Below are positions 48,386 to 58,658 of a DNA stretch of 64,000 bases, piece after piece (the first letter of the stretch is position 1; every line of letters begins with the position of its first letter). Under the pieces are notes generated by a model, which worked only from the letters and a program-made list of their open reading frames with translations, was not told the origin of the DNA and did not search any database. Origin of the DNA: a candidate division FCPU426 bacterium. Its GTDB lineage: Bacteria; Oederibacteriota; JAAXVQ01; JAUVAV01. The DNA lies in NCBI GenBank assembly GCA_040756875.1, contig JBFLYH010000002.1, forward strand, positions 382,526-446,525, in the 5' to 3' direction. Position numbers and translations under genes: made by a program.

Positions 48386-51300
48386 TTAACGTATAATGAC
48401 GACTTTGCGCACGGCCGAGGTTTGGCTGCCGCCGGGCGTGGTCAGCACCAGGCGGTAGAAATAGACCCCCGGCGCCACCGCGGCGGTGCGCCAAACGAGC
48501 GAATTGGCCGCCGGATGGTCCGCGGCCAGGCTGGCCAGCCGCTCGCCCGCCGCATTGAAGATGTCAATGCGCACGGAACGGAATGCCCCCTGCGGCCAGG
48601 CAAAGGTCACGTCCCCCCGGCTGGGGTTGGGGAAGGCCAGCACCGAGGTGACGCCGGGCACCAGTCCGCTCAGGGTCGGCGTCACGGTCAGCGTCGGCGT
48701 GACGGTGGGCGTCGGTGAAATGGTGGGTGTGTGGCTGGCCGTGGGCGTAATGGTGCGCGTCGGGGTCGCGGTGGCTGTGGGCGGTTGCAGGGCTGCGGCC
48801 GAGACTTCGGCCGAGGGCGCGCTTTCGCCGCGCGGGTTGTTGGCCGTTATGCGGTAGTAATACGTCAAGCCCGGGACAGCCGTAAAATCTTCGTAGAAAG
48901 GAGTGGAGAATTCATCGTAAGCCATTTGCCCAAGATAGGCGGCGGGCGTGCAGGACACACCGGCCGCTGTGCCGCGGTAAACGGCGTAATGTGTAAGCTG
49001 TTCGGCGGACGAATTGTTCGTCCAGGTGAGCTGGATGCGGCCTGACAGCCCCAACGCCGAAGGGCCCGCAGGCGCGCTGGGCCAGGGCCAATTCGGCGTG
49101 GCGTTCACCTCAGCCGATTGGGCGCTGAGATGGCCTTGAATGTCCAGACTGGAGATTTTATAGAAATACGCCGTGCCGTTGGCCACCGCCGTATCACTGA
49201 AAGCCGCCACCGCGGAGTTGGCCAGGGCCCAGGGGACGCTGCCCTGGCCGCCCGGCGTGGTGGCGCGGTAGATGCAATACCCGGCCAGGCTGTACGTGCC
49301 GGCGAGCGAGGGGTTCCAGCCCAGCTGGACCTGGCTCAATCCGGCCGTGGCCGTGACGCCGGTTGGCACGGCCGGCGGCGCATAGGGAATGTCCGAGACT
49401 TCGGCCGAGAAGCTGCTCTGGTTCGCGGCCGAGTCCTCGGTCTTCAGGCGGTAATAATACCTCACGCCGTTGGTGACCGTGTCATCCGTATAGGTGAGCC
49501 CGGCAACCAGGGAGGGATTGACCGGCGTGCTGCCCTGCCCGCCCGGCGTGGTGGCGCGGTACAGCTGGTAGCCGGCAATGGGATTGGTGCCCGCAATGCC
49601 GGGCTGCCAGGTCAGATCCAACTGCCCGTCGCCGGCCGTGACCGTGACGCCCAGCGGCGGCAGGGGCGAGACAAAACTGCTCGTGGGCACGGCCGACACT
49701 TCGTTGCTTCCGCCGCAGGTGTTGCCCCCGGCATCCACGGCCAGCACCCGGTAATAGTACGTCGTGCCGTTCACCAGGCCGCTGGTGTCGGCGTACGTCA
49801 AACCGGCGATTAGGCCGGCATTGACCACCTGCGTATTGCCGTCGCCGGCCAGGGTGCTGCGATGGAGATTGTAGCCCGCGATCGGGAACCCCGAGGCCGC
49901 AGCCACCCAGGCCAGGTCCACGCGGTTGTTGCCCGGATTAGCGGCCAGCTCGCCGGCCGGCTGGTACACGTTCAGCGTGCCTGCGTAGGCGCTGGAGGTG
50001 TTCCCCACTTTGTCGCAGGCGGTCACGGTCACGCTGTAGAAGCCCACCTGGCCGGCCGCCTCCTGCATGGAGGCATAGCCCGTGCCCGGCGGATAGGCGG
50101 CGGTGCCGTTCCACCACATCATGTTTTCCAGGGTCGAGCCGTCGGGCCGGCGCACGAACTCCCGGCACGTCAATCCGCCTTCGCCGGCATAATCGTCCTG
50201 CGCGTCGATCCAGGCGGTGAAAGAACGGCCCAGTTGCAGGGACGTGATCGCGTACTGCAGGGGCGCCTGGGGCCAGGACACCATGGGATCCACGATCCAG
50301 GCCGCGTTCACGACCGGCGGCGTGCTGTCGTCGATCACGCGGAAGGCGTAGTCCGGCATGAGGTTGACGATCGTATACGGCGTGCTGCTGTTGCCGGACC
50401 GGTCGACGTACTGCAGGGTCACGCGGTAGTCGCCGGGCTGGGAGGTGTCGTCAAACCAGAAGCTCCCCCACCAGGTCCCGACGTTCTGGAAAACGGACAA
50501 ATCCGGTTTGGTGATGGTGATGGTTTCCTGCAGGGGCGCCCCGGAATTATCGCTGACCGACGAGGAAATCACGACCTGATGCAGGGGGGGCACGTCCACC
50601 TGGTCCACCGAGGCCGAAAGCACCACCGGCGGGTTGACGTCCGCGCTCACGGTGAACTGGAGCAGGGTGGGATCGGTTTGCAGGTTGCCCGTGATGTCCT
50701 GGGCCTTGACCACGACGTTATAGACACCCAATTGGCCGGTGTTGGAAAACTGGCCGGTATAGCGGCTGGTGTAGCCTTCGCGCGCCAAAACCAGGTTGAC
50801 GGTCGAGGCGTCAGGCCGCGTCACTTCGGCCCAGACGTGCGAGCTGACTTCGTCGTTGTCCGTGACCTGGGCGCTGCAGGAGAGGCTCTGGTAGGCGGTC
50901 AGGAGCGTGCGCCCCAGGTAGCTGCCCGTGATCACGGGCGGCACGGCGTCGCCGGCCAGGCGGAAATCCATTTCAGCCGAGGGATCGCCGAGAAAGTTGA
51001 ACTCCCAGGCCGAACCCATGGAAAAATGATAGGCCGCGCTGGGCCGCGACCGGCCGTTGTCGAAATACGCCTGCTTGACGCCGTTGCTGACCGCACTGAC
51101 CATGCCGTAGGCCGAAGTGGACAGGATGGAGCGGTTGGCGCCCACGTAGCCGATGGCGCCGCCGCCGGTCGCCTCGAAAAACGCCTCGGCGATGCAGTTG
51201 AGTTCGTCGAACTTTCCGGTCAGGCAGGAGCCCGCCAGCACGAAGGGCAGCTTGGGATTATTGACGACGTTCCGGGCGTCGTAATGGTGGAAGTTGACGT

Positions 51301-51952
51301 TGGCCCACCAGGTGTAATAACCGTGCGCGATGTAGGTGACCATGGCGCAGCCTGAATTGATGCGGGACTGGATCTGCGCGGCCAAATCGCCTTCGCCCAG
51401 CATGGTGCCGTTGAACTTGGAAATCCCGCTGAACTCGTTGCCCGCCCAGCCGCAATAAAGCATGTTGCGGTTCCAGAGGCCGTCGCCGTCGTACTGGGCC
51501 CAGTGGTCGAGCATCATCTGGGCCTGCGAGGCGTTTTTGGCCGGCAGCCGGCCTCCCAGCACGGTCACCCCGCCGCTGTAACCGTCCCCGGTGAGCACGT
51601 AGTAATAGGCGTCGTAGATCAAGCCCGAACGGTAGCGGATGGGCACCGCCGTTTCGTCGCCGCCCAGCAGCACGTAGGAAACGCTCCAGGTGTTGTAGGC
51701 ATCGATGAAAAAGGCGCGGATTTTTTCCTGGGTGTCCGCGCCGCTATAGTTGGCGCTGACATCCTCCACGGAAAAGACGCGGGTGGTAATGCCTTCCGCG
51801 GTCTTGGTGGCGGCATACGAATCAAATGAAGTAAGCCAGGCGGCAGGCGTGACGATGACGTACTCCGCCGGCGAACCCGTGCACAGGCTGGCCGCCAGGG
51901 CCCGGGAGGACAGCATGAGCAGCAGACCGGCACTGACCAGGACGCGTTTCAT
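48386..51952 (-). CDS. C25 (gingipain-like) cysteine peptidase with Ig/FN3 repeats and T9SS-like C-terminal domain
   Basis: YVIVT, YVLLGGD...VP, GRLP, YIAHG (His), GSCLTG (Cys), GGAIGYVG, LGDPS; four FN3 repeats; AFPNPS...APGVYFY...KVVIIR. Confidence 0.85.
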   Translation of the reverse strand: MKRVLVSAGLLLMLSSRALAASLCTGSPAEYVIVTPAAWLTSFDSYAATKTAEGITTRVFSVEDVSANYSGADTQEKIRAFFIDAYNTWSVSYVLLGGDETAVPIRYRSGLIYDAYYYVLTGDGYSGGVTVLGGRLPAKNASQAQMMLDHWAQYDGDGLWNRNMLYCGWAGNEFSGISKFNGTMLGEGDLAAQIQSRINSGCAMVTYIAHGYYTWWANVNFHHYDARNVVNNPKLPFVLAGSCLTGKFDELNCIAEAFFEATGGGAIGYVGANRSILSTSAYGMVSAVSNGVKQAYFDNGRSRPSAAYHFSMGSAWEFNFLGDPSAEMDFRLAGDAVPPVITGSYLGRTLLTAYQSLSCSAQVTDNDEVSSHVWAEVTRPDASTVNLVLAREGYTSRYTGQFSNTGQLGVYNVVVKAQDITGNLQTDPTLLQFTVSADVNPPVVLSASVDQVDVPPLHQVVISSSVSDNSGAPLQETITITKPDLSVFQNVGTWWGSFWFDDTSQPGDYRVTLQYVDRSGNSSTPYTIVNLMPDYAFRVIDDSTPPVVNAAWIVDPMVSWPQAPLQYAITSLQLGRSFTAWIDAQDDYAGEGGLTCREFVRRPDGSTLENMMWWNGTAAYPPGTGYASMQEAAGQVGFYSVTVTACDKVGNTSSAYAGTLNVYQPAGELAANPGNNRVDLAWVAAASGFPIAGYNLHRSTLAGDGNTQVVNAGLIAGLTYADTSGLVNGTTYYYRVLAVDAGGNTCGGSNEVSAVPTSSFVSPLPPLGVTVTAGDGQLDLTWQPGIAGTNPIAGYQLYRATTPGGQGSTPVNPSLVAGLTYTDDTVTNGVRYYYRLKTEDSAANQSSFSAEVSDIPYAPPAVPTGVTATAGLSQVQLGWNPSLAGTYSLAGYCIYRATTPGGQGSVPWALANSAVAAFSDTAVANGTAYFYKISSLDIQGHLSAQSAEVNATPNWPWPSAPAGPSALGLSGRIQLTWTNNSSAEQLTHYAVYRGTAAGVSCTPAAYLGQMAYDEFSTPFYEDFTAVPGLTYYYRITANNPRGESAPSAEVSAAALQPPTATATPTRTITPTASHTPTISPTPTVTPTLTVTPTLSGLVPGVTSVLAFPNPSRGDVTFAWPQGAFRSVRIDIFNAAGERLASLAADHPAANSLVWRTAAVAPGVYFYRLVLTTPGGSQTSAVRKVVIIR

Positions 51953-51973
51953 CCGCTTGGACTTCCCCTCCGC

Positions 51974-52648
51974 CTAGCGTAAAGGCTGCCGGAAAAACGC
52001 TTCGTCCGGATTCACAAGTTTGCGCCGCAATTCCCGGTCCACGGCGTTTTTCGGCTCGGGCGCTGGCTGCCAGCCGGGCGCGGCCAGGCGCACCTGCAGC
52101 TTGGGATTGCGGTAGGACACCAGCTTCTTTTCGGTTCCGATATATTTATATAGGAAGACTTTCAGACGGAGGATCGTGGTGCTGCCGGCGCGGAAAAATT
52201 CCTGTTCGCTCCAGGCCGCGGGGTATTCTTCGGCTGATTGATAGACCGAGGCGTCCGCAGCCAGGGGAGGCGGGACCACGCCGGGTTCGGGAATATAGGG
52301 TTTGCGGACGGGCTTGATCCGGCCGGGCAGCGTCGATTCGCTGCGGTCGGCTTTGACCATCAGCTCGAGGAACTGGCTGCCAGCCGGAACCGATATCCAG
52401 TACTCCAGGCAGGGCAGATCCGGCCGGTCGGGCTCCGTGGTCCTCAGGGTGCGGAACCCTTCCGCATCCACGCGGGTCCAGCCCTCCTCCCCCGCGGTTT
52501 TGATTGCGGGCAGGATGTCCTCCAGGGTGATGAGCGCCTGCCCGTTCTGGGCGTTGTATTCCGCGCGATAAGTGGTTTCAGCCGCCGCCAAACCCGGGAG
52601 ACTCAGGCAGACGCTCAGCAACAGGCAGGCCCAGTGTGTCCGCTGCAT
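51974..52648 (-). CDS. Stand-alone C25 propeptide-like secreted protein
   Basis: Signal peptide; PDLP...ISVP.G...IKP...VYQS.EEYP...LVNP; AAAGGAG SD. Confidence 0.65.
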   Translation of the reverse strand: MQRTHWACLLLSVCLSLPGLAAAETTYRAEYNAQNGQALITLEDILPAIKTAGEEGWTRVDAEGFRTLRTTEPDRPDLPCLEYWISVPAGSQFLELMVKADRSESTLPGRIKPVRKPYIPEPGVVPPPLAADASVYQSAEEYPAAWSEQEFFRAGSTTILRLKVFLYKYIGTEKKLVSYRNPKLQVRLAAPGWQPAPEPKNAVDRELRRKLVNPDEAFFRQPLR

Positions 52649-52774
52649 TCCGGCTCCTTTCCGATCCACATAGTCCTTCCATATTATTATCAACGGTGGA
52701 AGAACGGTTCGCCAGCCATTTTCTTTGATTTTAGACGGCTTGACCTGGCCCTTAGGTTCCCTCCGGAATGGCCC

Positions 52775-53254
52775 TCAGGCAAAAGCGTCCCACTCCTGCT
52801 CCAAAAAAATCACCAGTCCGGGCCAGGGAGCATAACGGGGATAGAGGTTTTGGAAGTCCATGCGGGCCGCGCGGAAGGAGGAGCGGCTGATGGTCCTGGC
52901 CCGGAAAGCCAGCCACAGCATCCCCAGGGAGGCCCCGCGGGATTCGGCGTGTTCGCTGAGAATGACGACTTCATGACTTTCCTGCCAGCGTTTGATCCGC
53001 TCCAGGGTTTCGACAAAATCGCATACGCGGTAATTGGGAATTTCCAGATTCGGCAGGTCAAGATGGAAATAGGGCTTGCCGGCCACCAGCGTCTCCCGCC
53101 CCTGGCTGACCAGGGTGCGAAGGGGGCGGCCCAGGCGTTCGGAGAAAATCCGGCACGGCCACTCGCAGATCATGACCACCGCGAAGGGGCCCTGGGTCAC
53201 CGCCTCCGCGTCCTCGCAGGAAGCGAGGTACAGGCGTTCAGCGATCCGCTGCAT
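52775..53254 (-). CDS. Dual-specificity phosphatase-like protein lacking the catalytic Cys
   Basis: IAERLYLAS N-terminus; VVILSEHAESRGASL where HCxxGxSR is expected. Confidence 0.45.
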   Translation of the reverse strand: MQRIAERLYLASCEDAEAVTQGPFAVVMICEWPCRIFSERLGRPLRTLVSQGRETLVAGKPYFHLDLPNLEIPNYRVCDFVETLERIKRWQESHEVVILSEHAESRGASLGMLWLAFRARTISRSSFRAARMDFQNLYPRYAPWPGLVIFLEQEWDAFA

Positions 53255-53834
53255 GGCCGCCCTCGTCGTTGGCCACGCTGCTGCCGACCAGGGCGTGGCG
53301 GAACAAGGCCCGCTCCAGCGGCGCTTGGATGTGCTTGGGGAACGGAAAAGGCACGGCTTTGCTCAGGAGCAGCCGGTCGATGAGATAATCCAGGAATTTT
53401 TGGGGATACCCGTCCTCCTGAAAATTCAGGGCGGGATTCATCCGGGTTTCGCGCACCAGGTAATCCTCGCCCTCGGGCTCCAGCCGCAACTGAAAGGAGC
53501 ATTCGCCGGTCCAGCTGCGGTGAAAGAACAGCATGGCGCCTTCGTAAAAGATGAACCACTTCTCGTCCATGTCCACGGGCAGCAAACCGAAGCTGAGCTT
53601 GCGGTATTCGGCCGGGGTGAACCTCCGCGTATAAGGGAGTTCCAGGCTGTCGGGCGGCATGGGCAGATTTTCCCAGTCGTCGCGGCTGACCCGCTCGGGT
53701 TGCAGCTTGCGATGCGGAGCTTGCTCCAGTTTTTTCATGTCGATTTCGTTCGAGGTGTACCCGGTGTAATTCAGGAAGCCTTCGCGGAAAATCTTCTGGA
53801 TTTTTTCCCTGTCAGGCTCCATGGACATGGTCAA
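53238..53834 (-). CDS. Conserved hypothetical protein
   Basis: GLLP.DMDEKWFIFYE...LFFHRSWTG motif; SD present. Confidence 0.6.
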   Translation of the reverse strand: MTMSMEPDREKIQKIFREGFLNYTGYTSNEIDMKKLEQAPHRKLQPERVSRDDWENLPMPPDSLELPYTRRFTPAEYRKLSFGLLPVDMDEKWFIFYEGAMLFFHRSWTGECSFQLRLEPEGEDYLVRETRMNPALNFQEDGYPQKFLDYLIDRLLLSKAVPFPFPKHIQAPLERALFRHALVGSSVANDEGGHAADR

Positions 53835-54035
53835 TCCTTTCCCTTAGGGAATGCGTCCGGTCGTTCCCCGGCTAAAACCGGACGCCCATTCAAGTGCACA
53901 GTATTTTAAACATATTATACGCAGATTAAAAAGAAAGAACAGGACAAATTGTGATGGGATGCTTTTTCTCTTTTAATCAAACTGCTTTTTTGATATATAG
54001 GGTCCGCAGTGACATCCTTTCCCAGGAGGCATTTT

Positions 54036-54509
54036 ATGGCTAAATCAGGTTTTGGATGGTTGACGGTTTTCTGCGTACTAGCCCTCACGGCAGTGCCCGT
54101 GCTGGCGGCGGATGCTCCGGCTGAAACCAGCCCGGCGCCGGCTGCCGCGGCCGAAGAGGCTGCCCCGGCTCAGGTCGCCAGCGCGCCCGCCACGCTGGAA
54201 GTGGCTGAGATCGCCATTGCCAAAGGCGTCGAAAACCGCGAAGCCGTGGACTCCGGCGACACGTTCCCGGCCGATGTGGCCAAGCTGTACTGCTGGACCA
54301 AGCTCACAGGCGGCAAGGAAGGCGATAGCATCACCCACCGCTGGCTGAAAGACGGCGAAGTCATGGGCGAAGTCAGCCTCAATGTCAACGCCTCGCCCTG
54401 GCGGACGTACAGCTCCAAAGCCATCATGCCCGAATGGAAGGGCAAATGGTCGGTCGAAGTCCTGCAGAACGGCACTGTGCTCAAGAGCCAGGAGTTCACG
54501 ATCGAATAA
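54036..54509 (+). CDS. DUF2914 domain secreted protein
   Basis: Signal peptide; IAKGVENREAV...LYCWT...HRW...WRTYSSK...GKWSVEV; AGGAGG SD. Confidence 0.85.
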   Translation: MAKSGFGWLTVFCVLALTAVPVLAADAPAETSPAPAAAAEEAAPAQVASAPATLEVAEIAIAKGVENREAVDSGDTFPADVAKLYCWTKLTGGKEGDSITHRWLKDGEVMGEVSLNVNASPWRTYSSKAIMPEWKGKWSVEVLQNGTVLKSQEFTIE

Positions 54510-54527
54510 GTTCACCGCGTTAAAATT

Positions 54528-54563
54528 AAAACGCCCGGGTCGTGCGACCCGGGCGTTTTTTTT
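54528..54563. terminator. Bidirectional intrinsic terminator
   Basis: aaaacgcccgggtcg-tg-cgacccgggcgtttttttt between convergent genes. Confidence 0.9.
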
Positions 54564-54573
54564 ACACGGACCC

Positions 54574-56034
54574 CTATTGCAGGGGCGCCAGCAGGCGGGC
54601 CAGCGAATTGCGCAGCCTCCGCGCGTATCCCAGCCGTTGGTAATCCGCCAGCGTAAACTCCCGGCATCTTCGCAGATCGCGCAGGAATTGCCCCTCCAGT
54701 TCGCGCGCCAGGCGCGGATCGTAAAGCAGGTTGCTCAACTCGTAGTTCAGATGGAAGCTCCGGATGTCGAAATTGGCGGTACCCGCCGAAGCCAGGCGCG
54801 AATCCACCGCCAGGGTTTTGGCGTGCAGAAACCCGTGCTGGTAGTGGTAAATGCGGACGCCGGCCTTGAGCAACTCCTCAAAAAAGGTGAAGGCGGACCA
54901 GAACGGCAGCCGTTTGTCCGGAAGGCCTGCGACCATGATCCGCACATCCACCCCGCTGAGCCCGGCGGTTTTCAAGGCCATATGGACGCTGGGGTCGGGA
55001 ATGAAGTAGGGTGTCTGCAGGTACACCCGTTTTTCCGCCGAGGTGATGAGTTGGAAAAAAAGCTGCTTGATCGAGGGCCACTCCGAATCAGGGCCCGAGG
55101 TGGTGACCTGCAGCGGCGCGTAGGGCAGCGCCCGGCCGGCGTCGGGGGCGGGAAAATAGCGCTTTTGGAACAGCTCCTCGCCCGTGGTATTGTGCCAGTC
55201 CACGGCAAAGATGGCCGTTAACACGGATGCGGCCTCGCCTTCTAACCGGAGGTGTGTATCCCTCCAGGCCGGAAAGCGACGGCCGCCGTCCACGTATTCC
55301 TGGCCCAGGTTCATGCCCCCGGTGTAGCCGATGCGCCCGTCGATCACCGCCACTTTGCGGTGATTGCGGTTGTTCAAGGTGTGCAGCTTGAAAGGCGCCA
55401 GAAAATTCAAAAAGGCGTAGAGTTTCACCCCGGCGCGCCGCAGGAAACGCCGGTCGCGCCGCCGGAACCGCCAGCTGCCCAGAAAATCATAGAGAATCCG
55501 GACTTCCACGCCGGCCCGGGCTTTTCGCGCCAGGAGCTCGTGAACCTGGCGCGTCAGCGCGTCGGACCTCCAGATAAAATATTCCAGATGAATGAACCGG
55601 CGGGCCTGCTCCAGGTCCTTCAGCAGGGCCGCGAATTTGTCCCGGCCCTGGTGAAATATTTTGACCCGGTTGCGCGTGGTGAGGAGGGAGTTCGAGTTGC
55701 GCCGCAACAGTTCCGCCAGCCGGGCAAGATGGGGGGACGCCAGTTTACGGCTCAGCTGGCGTGTCGTGCGGTCTTGCTGTCGGGTTAAAGGGGCCAGCGA
55801 GCGGAACAGCTTTCTTTCCTCGAACTGCCGGGTCAGCCGGCTTTGCAGCCGTTGGTGGCGCCAATTGCGGCCGAAGAGCATGTAGAGGATGAAGCCGAAA
55901 ACCGGGAAAGCCAAAAAGACGAACAACCAGGCGATGGTGACCGACGGCTCGCGGTTGTCAAGCAGCAGGATCACAGCGGTAAGCAGCAGGTAGAGGTAAA
56001 ACAGATTAAAGAGCAGCGTCAACGCTTCGTTCAT
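54574..56034 (-). CDS. cls: Cardiolipin synthase
   Basis: Two N-terminal TMs; HRKVAVIDG and HAKTLAVD HKD motifs. Confidence 0.93.
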   Translation of the reverse strand: MNEALTLLFNLFYLYLLLTAVILLLDNREPSVTIAWLFVFLAFPVFGFILYMLFGRNWRHQRLQSRLTRQFEERKLFRSLAPLTRQQDRTTRQLSRKLASPHLARLAELLRRNSNSLLTTRNRVKIFHQGRDKFAALLKDLEQARRFIHLEYFIWRSDALTRQVHELLARKARAGVEVRILYDFLGSWRFRRRDRRFLRRAGVKLYAFLNFLAPFKLHTLNNRNHRKVAVIDGRIGYTGGMNLGQEYVDGGRRFPAWRDTHLRLEGEAASVLTAIFAVDWHNTTGEELFQKRYFPAPDAGRALPYAPLQVTTSGPDSEWPSIKQLFFQLITSAEKRVYLQTPYFIPDPSVHMALKTAGLSGVDVRIMVAGLPDKRLPFWSAFTFFEELLKAGVRIYHYQHGFLHAKTLAVDSRLASAGTANFDIRSFHLNYELSNLLYDPRLARELEGQFLRDLRRCREFTLADYQRLGYARRLRNSLARLLAPLQ

Positions 56035-56058
56035 GGAAGAAGGCCCTTCCGGGCGGTT

Positions 56059-57126
56059 TTATAAGCGGCTGTAATCCGGCACCACCGCGCCGTCCCCGAG
56101 CACGGTGCCGGGCTGGAGCACGGCAAAGCGGCCGATTCGGCACCCTGTGCCCAGCACGCACCCCGAGAGGCGCGCGCCTTCGCCGACCACGACCCGGTCC
56201 CACAGCACGCTGCGCTCCACCTGCGCCCTGGCGCCTATCTTCACGCCGGTCCCCAGGACCGCCAGTTCGCCGATGCGGGCTTCGGGTCCGGCCTGGCACT
56301 TGCCGCCCAACAGGCTGGGCCCCTGCAGCACGGCTGCGGCATGGATCCGGCAGGCCGGGCCTGCCAGCACTTTGGGCGCGCGGCGCCACGGCTTTGCGGC
56401 GGACAGCAGGGGCAGCCGCTGTTCCAGCAGGTCCCAGTGCGCTTGCAGATAGTTGGCCGTGGTGCCGATGTCCTTCCAATACCTGCGGCTGGCGTACGCC
56501 CACAGGCGCTCGCCCGCGGCCAGAAGCGCGGGGAACAATTCCCGCTCGGCCGAGGAGGGCGCGTCCGCGCGGATGAAGGAAAACGCTTCCGGCGAGAAAA
56601 TGTACAACCCTGAATTGACCCAGTGGCTCCGGCCTTCGTCGAAGCTCGGCTTCTCGATGAACCGGGTGATGCGGCCCCGGCGGTCGGACTGCACCAGGCC
56701 ATAAGCCGAGGGGTCGGCCACCCAGGTCAGGCCGATGGTAATGAGGGAACGCTGGCGGCGGTGGACCGCGGCCATGCGGGTGAAATCCCAATCCGAAAGC
56801 TCGTCGCCGTTCAGCACGGCCACGGGTTCACGGCCCGCCACCAGCGGTTCGGCGTTCTTAATCGCGCCGGCGGTTCCCAGGGGCGTGCGTTCCGCCGCAT
56901 AGCGCAGCCTGACGCCGAAGCGCCGGCCGTCGCCGAACACCCGCCGCACTTGTTCCGGCTGGTGGCAGATGGAGAGGACGATTTCCCGCACGCCGTGGCG
57001 CCTGAGCAGGGCGAACTGGTATTCCAAAAACGGCCGGTTCGCCATGGGCACCGTGCTCTTGAGGCGGTTGACGGTCAAAGGCCGCAGCCGCGTGCCTTCG
57101 CCGCCGACCAGGATGACGGCTTTCAT
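56059..57126 (-). CDS. NDP-sugar synthase (mannose-1-phosphate guanylyltransferase-like)
   Basis: ILVGGEGTRLRPLT, LGTAGAI, FIEKP, WKDIGT, left-handed beta-helix (LbH) tail. Confidence 0.88.
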   Translation of the reverse strand: MKAVILVGGEGTRLRPLTVNRLKSTVPMANRPFLEYQFALLRRHGVREIVLSICHQPEQVRRVFGDGRRFGVRLRYAAERTPLGTAGAIKNAEPLVAGREPVAVLNGDELSDWDFTRMAAVHRRQRSLITIGLTWVADPSAYGLVQSDRRGRITRFIEKPSFDEGRSHWVNSGLYIFSPEAFSFIRADAPSSAERELFPALLAAGERLWAYASRRYWKDIGTTANYLQAHWDLLEQRLPLLSAAKPWRRAPKVLAGPACRIHAAAVLQGPSLLGGKCQAGPEARIGELAVLGTGVKIGARAQVERSVLWDRVVVGEGARLSGCVLGTGCRIGRFAVLQPGTVLGDGAVVPDYSRL

Positions 57127-58055
57127 GGGTTGGACTTGGCCCGCTGCTGGAAGTAGTCGCGGGTTTTGGCGATGCCCTCGGCCAGGGAGGTTTTGGGCTT
57201 CCAGCCCAGCACCTTTTCCGCCAGCCGGGCGTTCAGGTAGTTGGCCTGCAGGTCCCCGCGCCGGGGCGGGCCGTGCAGCGCGTCGATCGGGCTCGCCAGG
57301 GAGGCCTTGATCGCCTCGTAAAGCTGGTTGACCGTGGTGGGCACGCCGGTGCCGATGTTGAGCGCCACGTTATCGCCGTGCTCCAGGGCTTTGAGGTTGG
57401 CGTCCACCACGTCGCCCACGAACACGTAGTCGCGCACCACCGAGCCGTCCCCGAAGATGGTGGGCGTTTTGCCGGCCAGCAGGGCCTGGATGAAGATCGA
57501 GACCACGCCCGCCTCGCCGTGCGGCATCTGCCGCGGCCCATAGACATTGCTGTAGCGGAAAGCGACGTAGGTCAGGCGGGTTTGCGCCGCGTAAAATTTC
57601 AGGTACCACTCGCCCGCGGATTTGGAAATGCCGTAGGGCGAGGCGGGCTGGATGGGAAAGGTCTCGTCGGCCGGCAGCTGCGACGGCTCGCCGTAGACCA
57701 CGCCGCCCGAGGAGACGTAGATCACCCGCTTCACGCCGTGCTTGCGGCAGCCGTCCAGCAGGTTGATCCAGCCCATGACATTGGTGCGCGCGTCCTCGCC
57801 GGGATGGTCCACGGACAGGGGCACGGAAATCTGGGCGGCGTGATGGTTCAGCGCTTCGGGCTTGAAGTCGGCGAACACTGAATCCAAGCGCGGGTCCGCA
57901 ATGTCCATTTCGTAGAATTTCGCCGCCCGGGGCACATTGGCCCGGTCTCCCGAGGACAGATTGTCCACCACCGCCACCTCGTGCCCGGCCGCCAGGAAGG
58001 CGTCCGCCACGTTCGAGCCGATGAACCCGGCGCCGCCGGTCACCAAAATGCGCAT
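57123..58055 (-). CDS. galE: NAD-dependent epimerase (UDP-glucose 4-epimerase-like)
   Basis: TGGAGFIGS, YGISK, NVYGPRQ. Confidence 0.8.
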   Translation of the reverse strand: MRILVTGGAGFIGSNVADAFLAAGHEVAVVDNLSSGDRANVPRAAKFYEMDIADPRLDSVFADFKPEALNHHAAQISVPLSVDHPGEDARTNVMGWINLLDGCRKHGVKRVIYVSSGGVVYGEPSQLPADETFPIQPASPYGISKSAGEWYLKFYAAQTRLTYVAFRYSNVYGPRQMPHGEAGVVSIFIQALLAGKTPTIFGDGSVVRDYVFVGDVVDANLKALEHGDNVALNIGTGVPTTVNQLYEAIKASLASPIDALHGPPRRGDLQANYLNARLAEKVLGWKPKTSLAEGIAKTRDYFQQRAKSNP

Positions 58056-58301
58056 GAGATTCCTCCTGGAGCCCCCCGGGCGTATAAATGAAATCCCTAT
58101 TAGAAAAAAGCCCGGGGTACCCCTATTGATCTTGCATCGTCGGCCAATTTGGCGGGCGACATCCCGTAACGCCTCATGTCGACTTACATTCCAACTAATC
58201 CGATGGTTCGGCGTTACGGGATTATGGGAATAAACATCGGCAACAGATTAGCATATTATCTGGAAGGAATAAAAGAGATATTAAAAAGGAGCGGGCCCGG
58301 C

Positions 58302-58658
58302 TCAGGAAGAAAGGGCGCGGTCGATGCGGTCCCGCAAGTCGTGCAGATCAAAAGGCTTGTCCACGCAGTCCGAGGCTCCCAAAGCGCGCGCCCGGATGAT
58401 GACCGCGTGGTTGAGGTAGGCCGAAACCAGCATGACTTTGGGACTGCAATGATGCCCCTGCATCTTTTCGATGAACTCCAGGCCGTCCATGTCGGGCATC
58501 ATGTAATCCGTCATCACCAATTGCGGACAAGCCTCCTCCATGCAGCGCAACGCTTCCTCGGCGCCCCGGGCGGTTTGCACTTCGTGCAGGTCTTCCAGGG
58601 CGAAATGCATGGTTTGCAAAAACCGTTCGTGGTCATCGACGATTAATATTTTAGCCAT
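58302..58658 (-). CDS. Single-domain response regulator
   Basis: ILIVDD, D..MPDMDG, KPF. Confidence 0.9.
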   Translation of the reverse strand: MAKILIVDDHERFLQTMHFALEDLHEVQTARGAEEALRCMEEACPQLVMTDYMMPDMDGLEFIEKMQGHHCSPKVMLVSAYLNHAVIIRARALGASDCVDKPFDLHDLRDRIDRALSS

